A DNA stretch of 64,000 nt, from NCBI GenBank assembly GCA_013265495.1, contig MU061578.1:2551308-2615307 (forward strand), read 5' to 3'. The translations under genes were made by a program, and so were the position numbers. The DNA comes from Vicugna vicugna. Lineage: Eukaryota. Shown one piece after another: positions 36,555-48,864 of this stretch. Each line of letters starts with the position of its first letter. Position 1 is the first letter of the stretch. Below the pieces are notes generated by a model. The model had not been told where the DNA came from and made no database searches. It worked only from the letters and a program-made list of their open reading frames with translations.

Positions 36555-36699
36555 TTCCGCTTCCAACGTTCCTTCAATCTTCCTAATTACATCAAAGAGA
36601 AAGCCTCTGTCTGTGATGCAATGTCCTTAACACCTCTTCAAAGCTGGCCAGTATGCATGTTTAAGCCCAGATTCAGTTGGCCTCCAGTTCTGAGCCTTA

Positions 36700-36910
36700 A
36701 GCTGGCAAAGGTACCCAGCTAGAATGAAAACTTGTTTTGATTTCATATTTACTTTTACAGTTAACTTCCATTTAGGGCTAGTGAAACTGGTCGTAATTTT
36801 CACTGTTATTTCTTTTCAAAATAGAGTTAATTAAATTTTAAAAGTGCACTCATTTAAAAATAGCAAGAAATTAATAAGTGGAGGAGGTACATGCAAAAAA
36901 ATTTACAAAC
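36700..36910. mobile_element. hAT-Charlie MITE fragment (MER112/113-like), interrupted by LTR33
   Basis: tttacagttaacttccattta...gaggtacatg; appears to resume at ~37306 with gaatgactcaagtttg. Confidence 0.45.
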
Positions 36911-37305
36911 TGTGTAGGAAGATGCCAGATGTCTCCTGTTTGCCCCCTAAGATCTACCTTCCATCCTTCTCCACTCTGCTCTCTGCTCCAGAATTGGACC
37001 ATGATAAGTAGCACCAAAGGGTTCCCTTTCCCCAGGCTTTACAGCAGTGCAGACAGAGGTGGGAGAAGTGAGGTTGGGATATTTAACCCCTATCCCTTCT
37101 CCAGGTCACCTATGTCATTGCTCCCTGCAAAGTGGCCACCTGCACACCCCGAACCCCTTCATGAGTCCACCAACAACTCCTTCTCTCACCTCTTCAGGCC
37201 CACTCTCCCTACACCATGCTGTTCCCATGTCTTGTTATTAAAGCTGCTTTGAATTATCCTAATTCAAGTGTGCCGTCTGTTTACTGCTGGGACTGTAACT
37301 GACAC
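36911..37305 (+). mobile_element. ERVL LTR33-like solo LTR
   Basis: tttgccccctaagatc...cttctccactctgctctctgc...attaaa...agtgtgccgtctgtttactgctgggactgtaactgacaca. Confidence 0.75.
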
Positions 37306-38529
37306 AGGGAATGACTCAAGTTTGAAAAACTTGAGGTGGTCAAATCCAGTAAGGGCACATCTTTTCTGAGCTGAGAAGATCCTAGTATTGAATGTCTCTT
37401 TCTCTCTGTTTATTTCTTTATTTCTCCCTCCCTCTTTCTTTCTTTCTCTGTCTCTCTCACACACACCCTCCCACTTTCCAATCTCTAATGATCACAAACC
37501 AAGCCACAGAGCCCTGAATGACCCTCTACCTATGTTAGAAGCTGAGCAGATAAAATGTCCCCAGTAAGGCTTCTAGAACCAAGACAACACCACCCAGGGC
37601 TGCCCAGCTCAAGTTGATAAGTGGCTCAAGTGACAAGAGTCTCGAAGCTCTCCTTAGGTGGGGTTGGGCTCTCCATTCCTTTCAATCTTCCCTGGTACCT
37701 TTGAAATCAATGAGATGCCCGAGATTTGTCCTAAGAGCAGGGCAGCACCTAAGACAGTGTGCTCCAAAAAGATAGAGGTGTCCTACCCAACAGGGACATT
37801 AGGATAAAGAGCTGGCACAGGACACTTTGTGCAGAGGATGAGGCCTGAAAAGCAGCTTGAGAGTAAAGAGATCTCTTCTCCACCAGGCCCTATGTGACCT
37901 GTACTGCCTCATTCAACCAGCACAGTGGTCCCACTGGGGGAGGTTCCACTCCAGAAAACTGGGGCTTAGCAAGGTGAGATGAATTGCCTAGGGTCACACT
38001 GTCCACAGGGGATGCAGGCAGGGCTGTAATTCAAGTCCATCACTTTCCAAGATAGGACCAGACTGCAGAGAGAGAGAGACTGAAGGAAAATGGTGGAGAA
38101 AGAAAAGATGGTAGGTTCAGAGCCAGTCCTGAGATTGACAAGAAGGAAAGAGACTTATCCCTCAGGGCTCAGCAATCAGCCACAGCCCCTGGATGGGCAC
38201 CCACAGGCCCTGCACCCATCCTGCCCCACGCACATCCACAGTTTCACCACCTACTACGCTACTCTGGGGCTATGTGTCCCGCAGCTGCTCCCTCCAGACA
38301 CTAGTATCTCTGAGAGCAGGGGCTGTGTCTGTGCAACTTAGTCCCCCCAGCACCTCATCTTACCATGCAGGAGCAGGCAGGAGCAAGCGCACAGCATCCC
38401 TGGACGTCCAACACGGGTGCTCAGTAGTCCACGTGGCATTTTGTTCCTCATCAGGAAATCAGTTTCCAGCTTGGGTTTCAAGCAGGAAGTGACTCTTCTC
38501 ACCTAAGTGACTTTAAAATGCCTCTCCCT

Positions 38530-39365
38530 TAATATCACAGATAATGGCACATGCTGACATCATGTGTCCCTTGATGTGATGATCTGAGAGGACACGGCAT
38601 AGTTTAGGCATTACTCCAGCCAAAAATGGCTCTTCTGAGTCCAAGCAGGAGGCAGCAATCAGATAAATCCATCCTGCATTTGCATACGGGACCTTCTGGA
38701 AAACATCTGATCTGGACTGTTTAAAAATGTGGATGGCCTAAAACACCCCCACATACATTCACACATTCACATACGTATATACACACATACACACAAACAT
38801 ACACCCACTCATGTACATATAAATACACACATACATATACATATAGACATGCATAGTCATCTACCCATTCACACATACATACTACTCACACACGCACACA
38901 CAAAGGCCAGGGAATTCCTCCCGATTAAAGAAATATTTACAAATGTAAACACTAAATGCAGTGTATTGTCTTATATTGGATGCTAGATTTTTTTTAAAGC
39001 AGCCATAAAGAATATTCCTGGGGCAGCTAGGGAAACTGACCATGGAGTGTACATTAAATAAGAGTACTACATCATCATTAAATTCCCTGAGTGTGGTCAC
39101 TGCATTGTGGTCGTGTAGGAGAACACCCTCGATCTTAGGTGATCCGTCACAGTGTGAAATGTCACAGTGCTTCTCAAATTAGTTTCATACTTACTCTCAT
39201 ATTAGTTTAATAAAAAGTGTGTATGTGCGTGCATGTGTTAATAGAGAGTGAGAAATCCAATGAGGGAAAATAACCACTGGTGAAGGGCCTATAGATACTT
39301 ATTAAACTGTGTTTGCAACTTTTCACTAAGTTTAAAAGTTTTCGAGATAAAAAATTGGGAGTGCT
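38530..39365 (+). mobile_element. L1MC-type 3' UTR with an internal CA-rich tract (~38742-38902)
   Basis: gacatcatgtgtcccttgatgtgatg...actaaatgcagtgt...cattgtggtcgtgtaggagaacaccct...tttgcaactttt. Confidence 0.8.
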
Positions 39366-39794
39366 AAATCAAAAACAAAAAGAGACCAGCCTTGAAGATT
39401 CCCTGAGCAGCCAAAACCAGTTCAGTCACACAGGCAAAGCTTCATTTAGCTTATTTTACAGACTAACTTGGCCTGGGTCATTTCTGGCTTATGCCTCTGG
39501 AAATCATGAACAAAACTTTAACAGTTTCCCAAGGTTGATACGAGGTAACCACTGACCAATTTGCTATCATTTAAGAAAATTCTAATATTACCACTAATCA
39601 CTGTGAAGAATAAACAGTCACTGCTTTTTCACTAATAAGCTGCTTTATAACAATATCCCCTTGAGTCTCATTCCACATTTTAGCTTGATTGCTCCCAGTT
39701 TACACGGTCTCTTTCTTGTGTGCACAATAAACGTTTACTAATTACTCCTTTGGTAACTCATTGGTTTTGCTTCTGAACTTTTGACAGGAAGGAG

Positions 39795-40075
39795 AAAGAT
39801 GCCTAGAAGTGGAATTGCTGGGTTACACGCTAAATGCATGCTAAACTTTTTTTTTCAACCCCAATCTGTTTTCCACAGCAGCCGTACTATTTTACATTCC
39901 CGCTGGCAATGTCTGAGCATTCCAATTTCTCCAAATCCCCGCCAGCACTTGTTATTGTCCATCTTCTTTATGACAGTCATCCTAGTGGTACCTCAGTGTG
40001 GCTTTGATTTGCACTGGCTTAATGGGCCAGGGATGTTGAGCATCTCTTCATGTGCTTATTGGCCACTGGTATACC
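39795..40075 (-). mobile_element. L1M ORF2-end fragment
   Basis: cctagaagtggaattgctgggt...ttttccacagcagccgtactattttacattccc...gatgttgagcatctcttcatgtgcttattggcca. Confidence 0.88.
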
Positions 40076-40350
40076 TTTTTTTTAATTCTTATTTTTTATT
40101 TAAGTGTAGTTGATTTACAATGTTAGTTTCAGGTGTACAGCAAAGCAATTCAGTTACACATATACATACGTATATTTTTTTCAGCTTCTTTTCCATTATG
40201 GCTTATTACAAGAAATTGAATATAGTTCCCTGTGCTATACAGTAGGTCCTTGTTGTTTATCTATATTATATATAGTAATGTGTATCTCTTAATCTCGAAC
40301 TCCTAGTCTATCCCTCCCTGCCCTTACCCCTCGATATCAGTTTTTTTCTG
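40076..40350 (-). mobile_element. Younger artiodactyl-type L1 3' end nested in the older L1
   Basis: T-rich tail, tagttgatttacaatgttagtttcaggtgtacagcaaag...atagttccctgtgctatacagtaggtccttgttg; degenerate repeat tggcca..ata..tt on both sides. Confidence 0.88.
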
Positions 40351-40879
40351 CGTGGCCATTCATATTTCTTGATGGAAATATTCCCAAGTGGGATTGTGGT
40401 GATGGTCGCACAACTCTGTAAATTTACTAAAAATCACTGAATTGTGTCTTTACATTGAGTGAATTTTATTGTATGTAAAGTATACATAAATAATTTTTTT
40501 AAGGAGGGGAAAATCAATCAATCAAAACTATTCCCATCACAGAAGAAGATGACAAAGCACTGATAACAGTGGTGTAATCACGACTGAGTTCCCTCAGACA
40601 ACAATGACACCACAGAGAGGAATAAGGAGGGTCACACAAGCAGAGTCCCCAGGCTTGGAAGATCGAGTGGTCAAAGTTGACTTCCTCCCTCAGCCACATT
40701 AGCTGAATGGTCTCACCAACTCACAGGTGTAAAGTAAATTGCAGCACAAGTCTCCCTAGAGAGCAAAGACTCAACCACATTCAACAAAATCTTCTGTCAC
40801 CATCGTAACACTTTGAGTTGAATATATGCCATCACACGTAAGTCAGGGGGCTGTGTAACCACCCTGAGCCCCATCTTTG

Positions 40880-41110
40880 ACAACAGTTTGACAAGATGGT
40901 TAAAACCCTGGAGTTCCAAGTTCAAGTCCTGCCTTTCCCTCTCACTGACCATGTGACCCTCATCACTTAACTTCTCTGAGCCTTGCTTTCCTTATCTCTA
41001 AAGAGAGTGTAATAAATAAACCTAACTTATAGGGTGGTTGGAAGACAAAATGCCATCATACACATAAAAGCTCAGGCATGGGGCTCAATAGATAACAACT
41101 ATTATCATTT
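40880..41110 (+). mobile_element. MIR SINE
   Basis: gttcaagtcctgcc...tgtgacc...cacttaacttctctgagccttgctttccttatct. Confidence 0.8.
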
Positions 41111-41379
41111 ATTGAACCAGTACCTGTAAAGTGCTTGGAGCACCACCTGGGCATAATAAGGGGAAATAAAAGCATTATTGATGCAGTCAGGTTCCTGACT
41201 CCGGTGGTCTCATGGTGGGCAGAACTAGGGCAGCAGGCTCTCCTTAGAGACTCTAATCTTAACAAGGTTTAAGCCTGTCGGGTCGCCCTGCCCCGTAAGC
41301 ACAATGTTTCTTGGTTATTGCTTAATAAATGTTAGGTGGGTGAGCGATGGGTGGGTGGGTTTTTTATTCAAACATGAAC

Positions 41380-41600
41380 AGCAGCTAATATTTCTGCAGT
41401 TCTCACTCATGTGTGCGGCAGTCTCCTGACTCATTTATTCCTTAACCACAATCCTGCAAGGTGGTACATTTTACAGAAGAGGGACTGAGGTTCCAGCAGA
41501 CAGAGCAATTTTCAAAAAGACATGCACATCTGATAAATGGCAAAGGTGAAGTAAGAACCAGATGGTATTGGACCCAAAACCACACCCTTAACTATCACAT
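41380..41600 (-). mobile_element. MIR SINE
   Basis: ctcatttattcctt...cattttacagaagagggactgaggttc. Confidence 0.7.
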
Positions 41601-42182
41601 GGTCCTGGGAATACCACACTTCTCATCCCCGGAGTGGGTCAGCCTGATACACCTCATCCATGTATCATCCAGAACCGACAGCCATTTACCAGAACATCCC
41701 CACGGAGGTCAGAACCCACAGCCAACAATATGCTTCGAGCCCCATTTGCCTCCAAAGTTACGAGCTTCCTGTCAAGAAGCTGAGTCTCCCACGACAAAAG
41801 GGCTCCCAAATTATTCTCCTCACCAGACAGCTGCTGTTTCTCAGTTAATTCTGACAGCAAGTGTATACATTATGCACATGCAGGGAACCAAAAAACCCCT
41901 GAAAAAATTATTTTTCTTGAAAGTTAAAAGATCCTACTTCCACCCGGGGCTTTCATTTCCTCTCGTTCAAGCGGCAGTTCTATTAAAGCCAAATTACAGT
42001 ACAGAAATGACTGTGGAGTGTACATCAGCAGATCAATTTATTTAATTAGCCCGAGTAATTATAGAGGAGTGAAAAATGCCTGGTGGTGGGAATGAACACA
42101 GGGTGGGTGAGTGGGGACTGGAGGACACTGCCAGTGTGTTCCCGCCCGGGGAGGGGCACCGCGTGGCGGGGCTGCTTCCCCA

Positions 42183-42199
42183 GCCTCCAGGTGGCGCTG
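42183..42199 (+). promoter_or_regulatory. CTCF-binding motif
   Basis: GCCTCCAGGTGGCGCTG matches the CTCF core CCnnnAGRKGGCRS; lies in a small CpG-rich patch (~42140-42240). Confidence 0.65.
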
Positions 42200-42273
42200 T
42201 GGGGCGAGGACCGTGGCCCAGCTCAGCTCCGGGCCCCCACCAGACTAAACCAGTCAGAGGCTGGGAGGTTTTC

Positions 42274-42937
42274 TTTTCTTCCTTTCTTTTTTGTTTTGTG
42301 ATAAGAACACACAAGATCTGCCATATTGGCCAATTTTTTAGTGTACAGTATAGTATCTACAGGCACTGTGTTGTACAGAAGATTGCTGAAACTTATTTAT
42401 CTTGCATAAATGAAACTTTCTGCCCACTGAACAGCAAACCCCATTTCTCCTCTCCCAGCCCCGGGCAGCCACTACACCACTCCCTGCTTCTCTGAGTTTG
42501 ACTATTTCAGATTCCACGTATAAGTGGAATCAGGCACCATTTGTCCTGTGACTGTTATTTCACTAAGTATAACGTCCCCCATATTCTTCTATGTTTTCAC
42601 AAAGGGCCAGAATCCTCTCTTTTTTGAAGACTGGAGAATATTCTGTTGTAGATAACAAGTGTTGGGGAGGATGTGGAGAAATTGGAACTCTTGCACATTT
42701 TTGGTGGGAATGTACAATGGTACAGCTGCTTGGGGAGAAGTATGAAGATTTCTCAAAAATGAAGAATAAAACTCCTATGTGATCCAGCAATCCTACTTCT
42801 GGGTATTTTTTCAAAAGAATTTAAATCAGGATCTCAGAAAGATATCTGCACCACTATGTCCATTGCAGCATTGTTCACAATAGCCAAAACATGTAAACAA
42901 CCCAAATGTCCATCCACACATGAATGGATAAAGAAAA
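42274..42937 (-). mobile_element. L1MA-type element with 5' inversion (- segment 42274-42650, + segment 42651-42937)
   Basis: T-tail then antisense 3' UTR, abrupt switch to sense ORF2-end sequence; TSD core gaggttttc at 42265-42273 and 42944-42952. Confidence 0.9.
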
Positions 42938-43144
42938 AGTAGTGAGGTTTTCAAATAGCACCGAGTGTGGAAATTTTCACAAACTGGCTCTCCCTCCAGA
43001 AAGGAAGCCCTCATTCTTAAACAGCACTCAGAGAGCACACATCCATTAAATATATTATTGAATGCCTGCTGTTTGCATAATTACTTGCTTCACATCCATC
43101 TTTACTGTCAGGCTGTGAACTCCATGTCAACAGGGACAGAGAGG

Positions 43145-43390
43145 GGTTAAGGGAAAGTGTGATGGAGACAGCCAACCTGACTTTGAACCCAAGCTCTACC
43201 ACTTCCTACACAGGTGACCTTGGGCAAGTCACTAATCTCTCAGTGCCTCAGTTTCCTCCTCTGTAAATGGGGTTATGGTAATAATGTCTACTTCATATGG
43301 CTGCTGAAATAAAATAGTCTTTGCAAAATGCTTAACACAGTATGTGGCATGAAATGAGTTCTTAGTAAATTTTACCTATTACTATTAATG
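43145..43390 (+). mobile_element. MIR SINE
   Basis: gtgaccttgggcaagtcactaatctctcagtgcctcagtttcctcctctgtaaatgggg. Confidence 0.9.
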
Positions 43391-43431
43391 TTATTCCAAT
43401 GCCTGGTAATTAATACATCCAAAAAAAATTT

Positions 43432-43722
43432 GTTGGTGGTGGATGGATGGAGGATGGAATAGGATAGAATGAGATGGTTAGGTGAGTGGATGGATATGTG
43501 GATGAATGGATGGATGGATGAATGGGTGGGTATATGGATGATGGATAGATGAAGAGATGGATGGGTGAGTGAGTGGTTGGATGAATGGATAGATGGGGAA
43601 TGCGATAGGATGGAATGAGATAGATGGGCAAGTGGATAGATGGGTGGGTAGATGGATAAATGGATGGACAGATAGATGACTATGAGGGTATGTGGGTGAA
43701 TGGGTGGGTAGGTGGATGGGTA
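43432..43722. repeat. Degenerate (TGGA)n/(GATG)n simple repeat, ~290 bp
   Basis: Seen directly. Confidence 0.92.
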
Positions 43723-43904
43723 AGCAAATAGTAGTCTTCTAGGTATATGGTGTCAATAAGAAGATATATGACATGACTCTTGCCTTCAATGATAATTATT
43801 ATCTATGTATCTAGTGCTTTGTTGTTTATAAAACAGGATCTTGTAATCTATCTGACAGGTTTTTGTTCTATTTTACAGAAGATAAGAGTGTGGCTCTTGA
43901 AGGA

Positions 43905-44290
43905 TGCATTCATTCACATTCATTTAATGAGTATCTGTTGAGCACCTACTATGTGTCAGACACTATTCAACATGCACAGGTACAGCATCGAACAAAACAA
44001 ACAAAACTGCTGCCTCCATGAAGCTTATATTCTGGGAGAGACAGACAATAGCAGACATATAAGAAAAATATATATGAAGAAACACGAAGCTGGAAAAGGG
44101 GATACAAGGTGCCAGGGGTAGATGGAATTGTGATTTTTAATAGGGCAGCCAGGTAAGTTCTCACTGAAAAGGTGCACCTGAGCAAAGTCTTGGAGGAGGT
44201 GAGAGAGCCAGCCTATTGCGAATGAGCTTTCCAGGCAGACATCCTCCACCGTGATGGGGCACTTGCCCTGTGCCGGGTCCTGTTCTCGCT
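43905..44290 (-). mobile_element. L2a 3' end
   Basis: cattcattcac...ttgagcacctactatgtgtcagacact...ctgcctccatgaagcttatattct...tctcactgaaaaggtgcacctgagc. Confidence 0.88.
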
Positions 44291-44299
44291 GCTGAACAC

Positions 44300-44460
44300 A
44301 CCAGCAGGTACTGAACCCTCTCCCCAGCCCCTAAGGGAGGAGCTATTATCATCCCCGCTTTGCAGATGGGAAAACTGAGGAGCAGAGAGACGAAGTCACT
44401 TGACAAAAGAGCTGGGACTGGGCTGAGGCAGCTCAGTTCTGGAGACCATGCTCTGTATCA
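44300..44460 (-). mobile_element. MIR SINE
   Basis: ctattatcatccccgctttgcagatgggaaaactgagg. Confidence 0.8.
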
Positions 44461-47103
44461 TGACTTCTTTGACAAGTGGGGGTCATACCTTAGAAAACAG
44501 CAAAGCCAGGACTTGATCCATCCTCCCTGCCAGGGCGTGTTCCACTCCACCATAGGGTATTTAAAACCCAGGGGAGATGGCAAGACCTGCACCCAGGAAA
44601 AAGCAAATGACAGAGGCAAGGGGCACCAGACCACACACAGCACCAAAAGCATAAAGAAACAAAAAACCTTTGCTCTTGCTCTCATCTCTCCCTGCACAGC
44701 ACCCTCTCCTTCTCATTCATCATGTGACATCCAATACAGCCCTTGAGATGTGGTTCAAATGTCTTCACTTTTCCATAATTCTCTACAAAATTAATTCCTC
44801 CCTCATTTTTGGTCCCATGACAATTTATATAACGACAATGATTTAAATCACTTTCTGAGGCCAGAAGATATGCCAGGCATGTGCTCGCAATTCTCATCAC
44901 AGCCCTATACAATGCGTGCTGTTTTATTCCTTATCTTATAGCTGGCCATAGTGAGACCAGAGGCTGCAACCTGCACATGGCCACACAGATAGTAAGGACC
45001 TGATGCAGGATTTGACACCCAACGCCCCCATCTGTCTCCAGTGTCCAAATTGCAGAGGTAACGCAGGTTGCCAGAGTTATCTACGTGCTTGTCTGTCTCC
45101 TGGCCATGCTCTCAGTTCCTGGAAGGCCATGAACCTTTGAGTTTCCAAGTCCCAGCAAAGATCCCAAAAGGCACCAATCTAGCACTTGGCAACTGTTCTC
45201 TATACCACACTGTTTCGCATGTCTCGAGGGAAGCAAGTCCACCTGGTAGTTTCATATGGGCATAATTAGCAGGAGTTCTTCCACACAACATGGTTGGGGA
45301 GTTTCTGAAAGACCAAGGTGTCCTAAAATATCTCCCATCAGCTCACTAAATTGCCACTAACATCATTCCTGTAAGTCTAGGCATTATGTCCAGAAGGCCC
45401 CTTGTTAAAATGTGAACCTGGAGGGAGGTGGGAGTGGTATGTGATACACTCACCCATTGGCTCCCACCTCACTCTCCCACACATTGGAAGGAAACTCCTC
45501 TGAGTGAGGGGCCGAATGCAGACAGTAATTACATTTTCCTAATGCTATTACTTCACATGAACAGAAACCCTCTGTTGAGAATTGGAGAGACAGAGCTGTG
45601 CTCTGTGGTGGGGAGCTGCTACATCTGGTCTGATACTCATAGTTTGGCTGTTGATGGAACTGGAGGGTTGCTGACCTCCCTGGGCATGTGGATAAGCATG
45701 AGGGCTTCAGTCTGCATCTGAACCGTGAGGGTTGTGCTATCTCATTGTAAGGGGCATGGTGGGGAGGAGGGAAATGGGAGGATAGAAGGGAGGGCATAGC
45801 ACCTGTTTCTCGAGGAGTCCCTTGGCCAGGCTTGGACTTGGGGAGACTCTGTGGCCCCAGTGGAGTTGCTGTGCAATGAGAACTGGGGAAGGACCGTCCC
45901 CTCTCAGTACAGAGCACAGCCCTGCCTTTCACTCAAGGATGGGCAGTTTGAGGAGGGTGAGGGGGCAGCCCACCTTGGGCATGGGCAAGGATGTCCTCAT
46001 GATGGTGACTGCATGGGCAGGAAGGTGAATGGTTCTTTGTAAAGTCCAAATCCTGGGAGAAAGAGGAATTTTACAAAGTGGGACCTGGATATCCCATTTA
46101 TATGGATTGAGGCAAAACCATGAACTTGGGGATTACTGATATTAACATGCCTCCATCAGTATCAACAGTCACTGAAGATAGTGTGGTTACACTCCTAATT
46201 TCTCAAAGTGTGCTGTGCAAATGCTTCTTAAACAAAATTGGATCATTTAGTTTACTTTTTTCAAGAAAGTTATATTTTGCCAACAACAGAAACAACAACA
46301 ACAAAAAAAAGATGTGAAATTTCAATGGATAAAATTTAGGATAAACGTGGATAAAATCCACATTGAAGTTGAGAATTCCAAGCAGGTTTCCCCAACATGG
46401 CTTACTGTCAGATATCCTCATGGCTGAGAAAAGGTTCTTATGAGGGAAAATAGCCTTTTGAATAAGCCTAAATGAGAAAAAAATATCGTAGGACACTGAA
46501 CTGGTAAGTTTTGAATTGGGGAGCGGGTGGAGGCATTGAAGGAGGAACAGGATGGGAAACAGGTAGTGCCTGTGATTCAAGTGGGCATACCATGCTCTTA
46601 CTCATGGGAAGAGTTGGGGTTTTTTTCCAGCTTGCTCTCCAATCAGTTGATTTTTGGTGCCAAAATGAATGTGACTTACAGGTCCTATCAATGACACAGA
46701 TGATGTAGAACACATAGCTGCCCAAAGGACAGGGGCACTTGGACTAGTGATGGGGGGAAGCTGCAGGCCATGGACACAGAGAACACAAGTCTAGTGTAGC
46801 CGGTAGACAGCAGAAGGTCTTTGCAGAGGGTGTTAGAAGGAAACAAACTTCTCTGGAAATACTGAGGATAAAGACTCAGTTCTTAAGGTGAACCCCTGAA
46901 CAAACAACTGATGATGAAACCTTTATTTCTCTGAAAACAGCAATAGGGTCCTGACATAAAGATATGCACCCCAGCCCAGCACAGACAAGCTCAGGAAAGA
47001 GGAGGAGTGTACTGTAGAAGACACCAGCAGGACACATTGGACCAAACCCAAAGAAAGACTAGTCCCTTAGTTACATGTGCCCAACAGTTTTTACTATGTC
47101 CTT

Positions 47104-47235
47104 AAAGAGAAATCGGCATTCATTTTATACCAGAGATCCACTACACGGCATACATATGCAAAAATAAGTACCCCTAAGTGAACTATTTAATAAGATATAT
47201 AGTTATCACTTCATAAGAGTGTCATCATTATTAAA
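47104..47235. repeat. Dispersed direct repeat, copy 1 (unassigned)
   Basis: Aligns by eye to 48361-48488. Confidence 0.9.
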
Positions 47236-47359
47236 TAAACCCTTTGCCATATTCAAAAAGTCCTGAATTGAATAATCCTCCAAATATTATTAGATACAAA
47301 TACAGGAACTGTGTAAACCTTATTTCACTACTTACTTGAGGAATTGGCACCCAGAGTAT

Positions 47360-47880
47360 GTTTGTTTCAGTAGGATGCTTTTGAATGAAAGTAATTTTTA
47401 AAACCTCAGAGAAACAAAAATGTTAAAGGGAACTTAATAACTCTCAGACTGAAAAGTACAGCCATAGGACTTCAGGTATGGTTTGATCAAGCAACAGTGT
47501 CACCAAACACTCTGTCTCTTTCCCTCCTCCAGCTCTGCCCCCTCATCTTGGGCATTGGATGAATGTCAAAATTAACTTGGACCACATGCTTCCTTACTCA
47601 TATCTAGTAGGGGAAGGACAAAAGTCCTGAGCCTCATTCTGATTGGGCCATTCGAATTTGTGTGTCCACTCCTTATCAATCAATGTGGTCATGGAATGAC
47701 ATTGATTTAGGCCTGAGTGGTAAGCTCAACCCTGAACCAATCACTGGAGTAAAGAAAGATGAATTACCCAGATTGCTTTGGTCTAATGAGAACCCATACC
47801 TGGATATGGGGTTGGGGACACACACACACACACAGAATGACCCTGCTATATGCTTAGGGGAGTAACAGGTGTAGGAGAAA
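47360..47880 (-). mobile_element. MLT1K-like LTR
   Basis: tttcagtaggatgcttt...gacttcaggtatggtttgatcaag...cattctgattgg...ccctgaaccaatcactg. Confidence 0.75.
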
Positions 47881-48360
47881 CAGCCACATATCCATAATAA
47901 GGAACTGTGTAAAGGGAAGCAGCTCTCTGTGTGGGATGTTGTTTTACCAGTCCTAATCTGGGTCTGGATGTGCACCAAGGAAGCCAAAAGAGATGAGATG
48001 AACTTTGAGGTGCAAGTAGGTGACTGTCAAGTCTTCCTTCATGATACAGTCTAGGACAAGCTCAGCTTTCCCAGACCAGAAGTGAGGACTGTTCCTGAGG
48101 GGAGTAAGAACATTTAGTAAGAACATTAGGAAGTAGGAAATATTATCATCCTTCTTTCACAAATACAGACCAAGGTCCGTGGAAGTTTGATAAAGTTCCC
48201 AGAGTGCCAGAGAAGGAAGGGGTGGAGTCCAAGACCTCTGTATCTAGACACTCTAGAGACTGTGTCCAGAGGTGTTAACTACAAACCCCACCACCCACAG
48301 GGACTCTCCTCTGTAGCCCCGCAAATCTTTCTCAGCCCTTTACCTTTGACAGAGTCACTC

Positions 48361-48488
48361 AAAGAGAAACGGCATACATTTATATCAGAGGTCCACTGCA
48401 TACACATGCAAAAATAAGTACCCCTAACTGAACTATTTAGTAAGATGTATAGTTACCACTCCATAAAGTGAATGTCATCATTATTAAA
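48361..48488. repeat. Dispersed direct repeat, copy 2 (unassigned)
   Basis: Shares atgcaaaaataagtacccctaa.tgaactattta.taagat.tatagtta.cact.cataa...tgtcatcattattaaa with copy 1. Confidence 0.9.
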
Positions 48489-48864
48489 GTCACCATGATG
48501 GATCTGAGATTCCAAAGCCAGGGCTTCTGAGTCTCCTCAAATCTCCAGATGGCTACAGAGCCTACCTTTGGACCTGATGGTCACCCCAGGAATCAGCAAA
48601 ACAACTATGTGAGGGGAAAGGGCAGATATGAATAGAGCAACCAGGAGGTGAAAAATTATGCCTGTCCGGTAAGCCAATGTGTACTGTCCTTCCTAAGCTC
48701 TGGAATAAAAATTAAGACAAAGGCCACAATAAACAGACAGAACCAGAAGACTGCCCGACCACTCATCCCTTTTTTGTGCAGAGGGAGGGGACAGGACTTG
48801 GCATATTCTCTTCCCAAAAGGCCAGTTCAAATTTTGCCTCCTTCAGAATGACCTCCATGACTCC

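Noticed and set aside
41461..42045. Longest ORF (194 aa)
   Set aside because: It starts inside a MIR at a non-ATG codon and has no recognisable domain or exon structure; consistent with chance.
43410..43631. Low-complexity His/Pro/Ile-rich ORFs (also 38729-38986 and 20740-21048)
   Set aside because: They are translations of (TGGA)n, CA-rich and CT-rich simple repeats.
45430..46080. Purine-rich stretch with overlapping ORFs (up to 160 aa)
   Set aside because: I could not assign it. It may be an old LTR remnant, and there is no support for coding or a defined structure.
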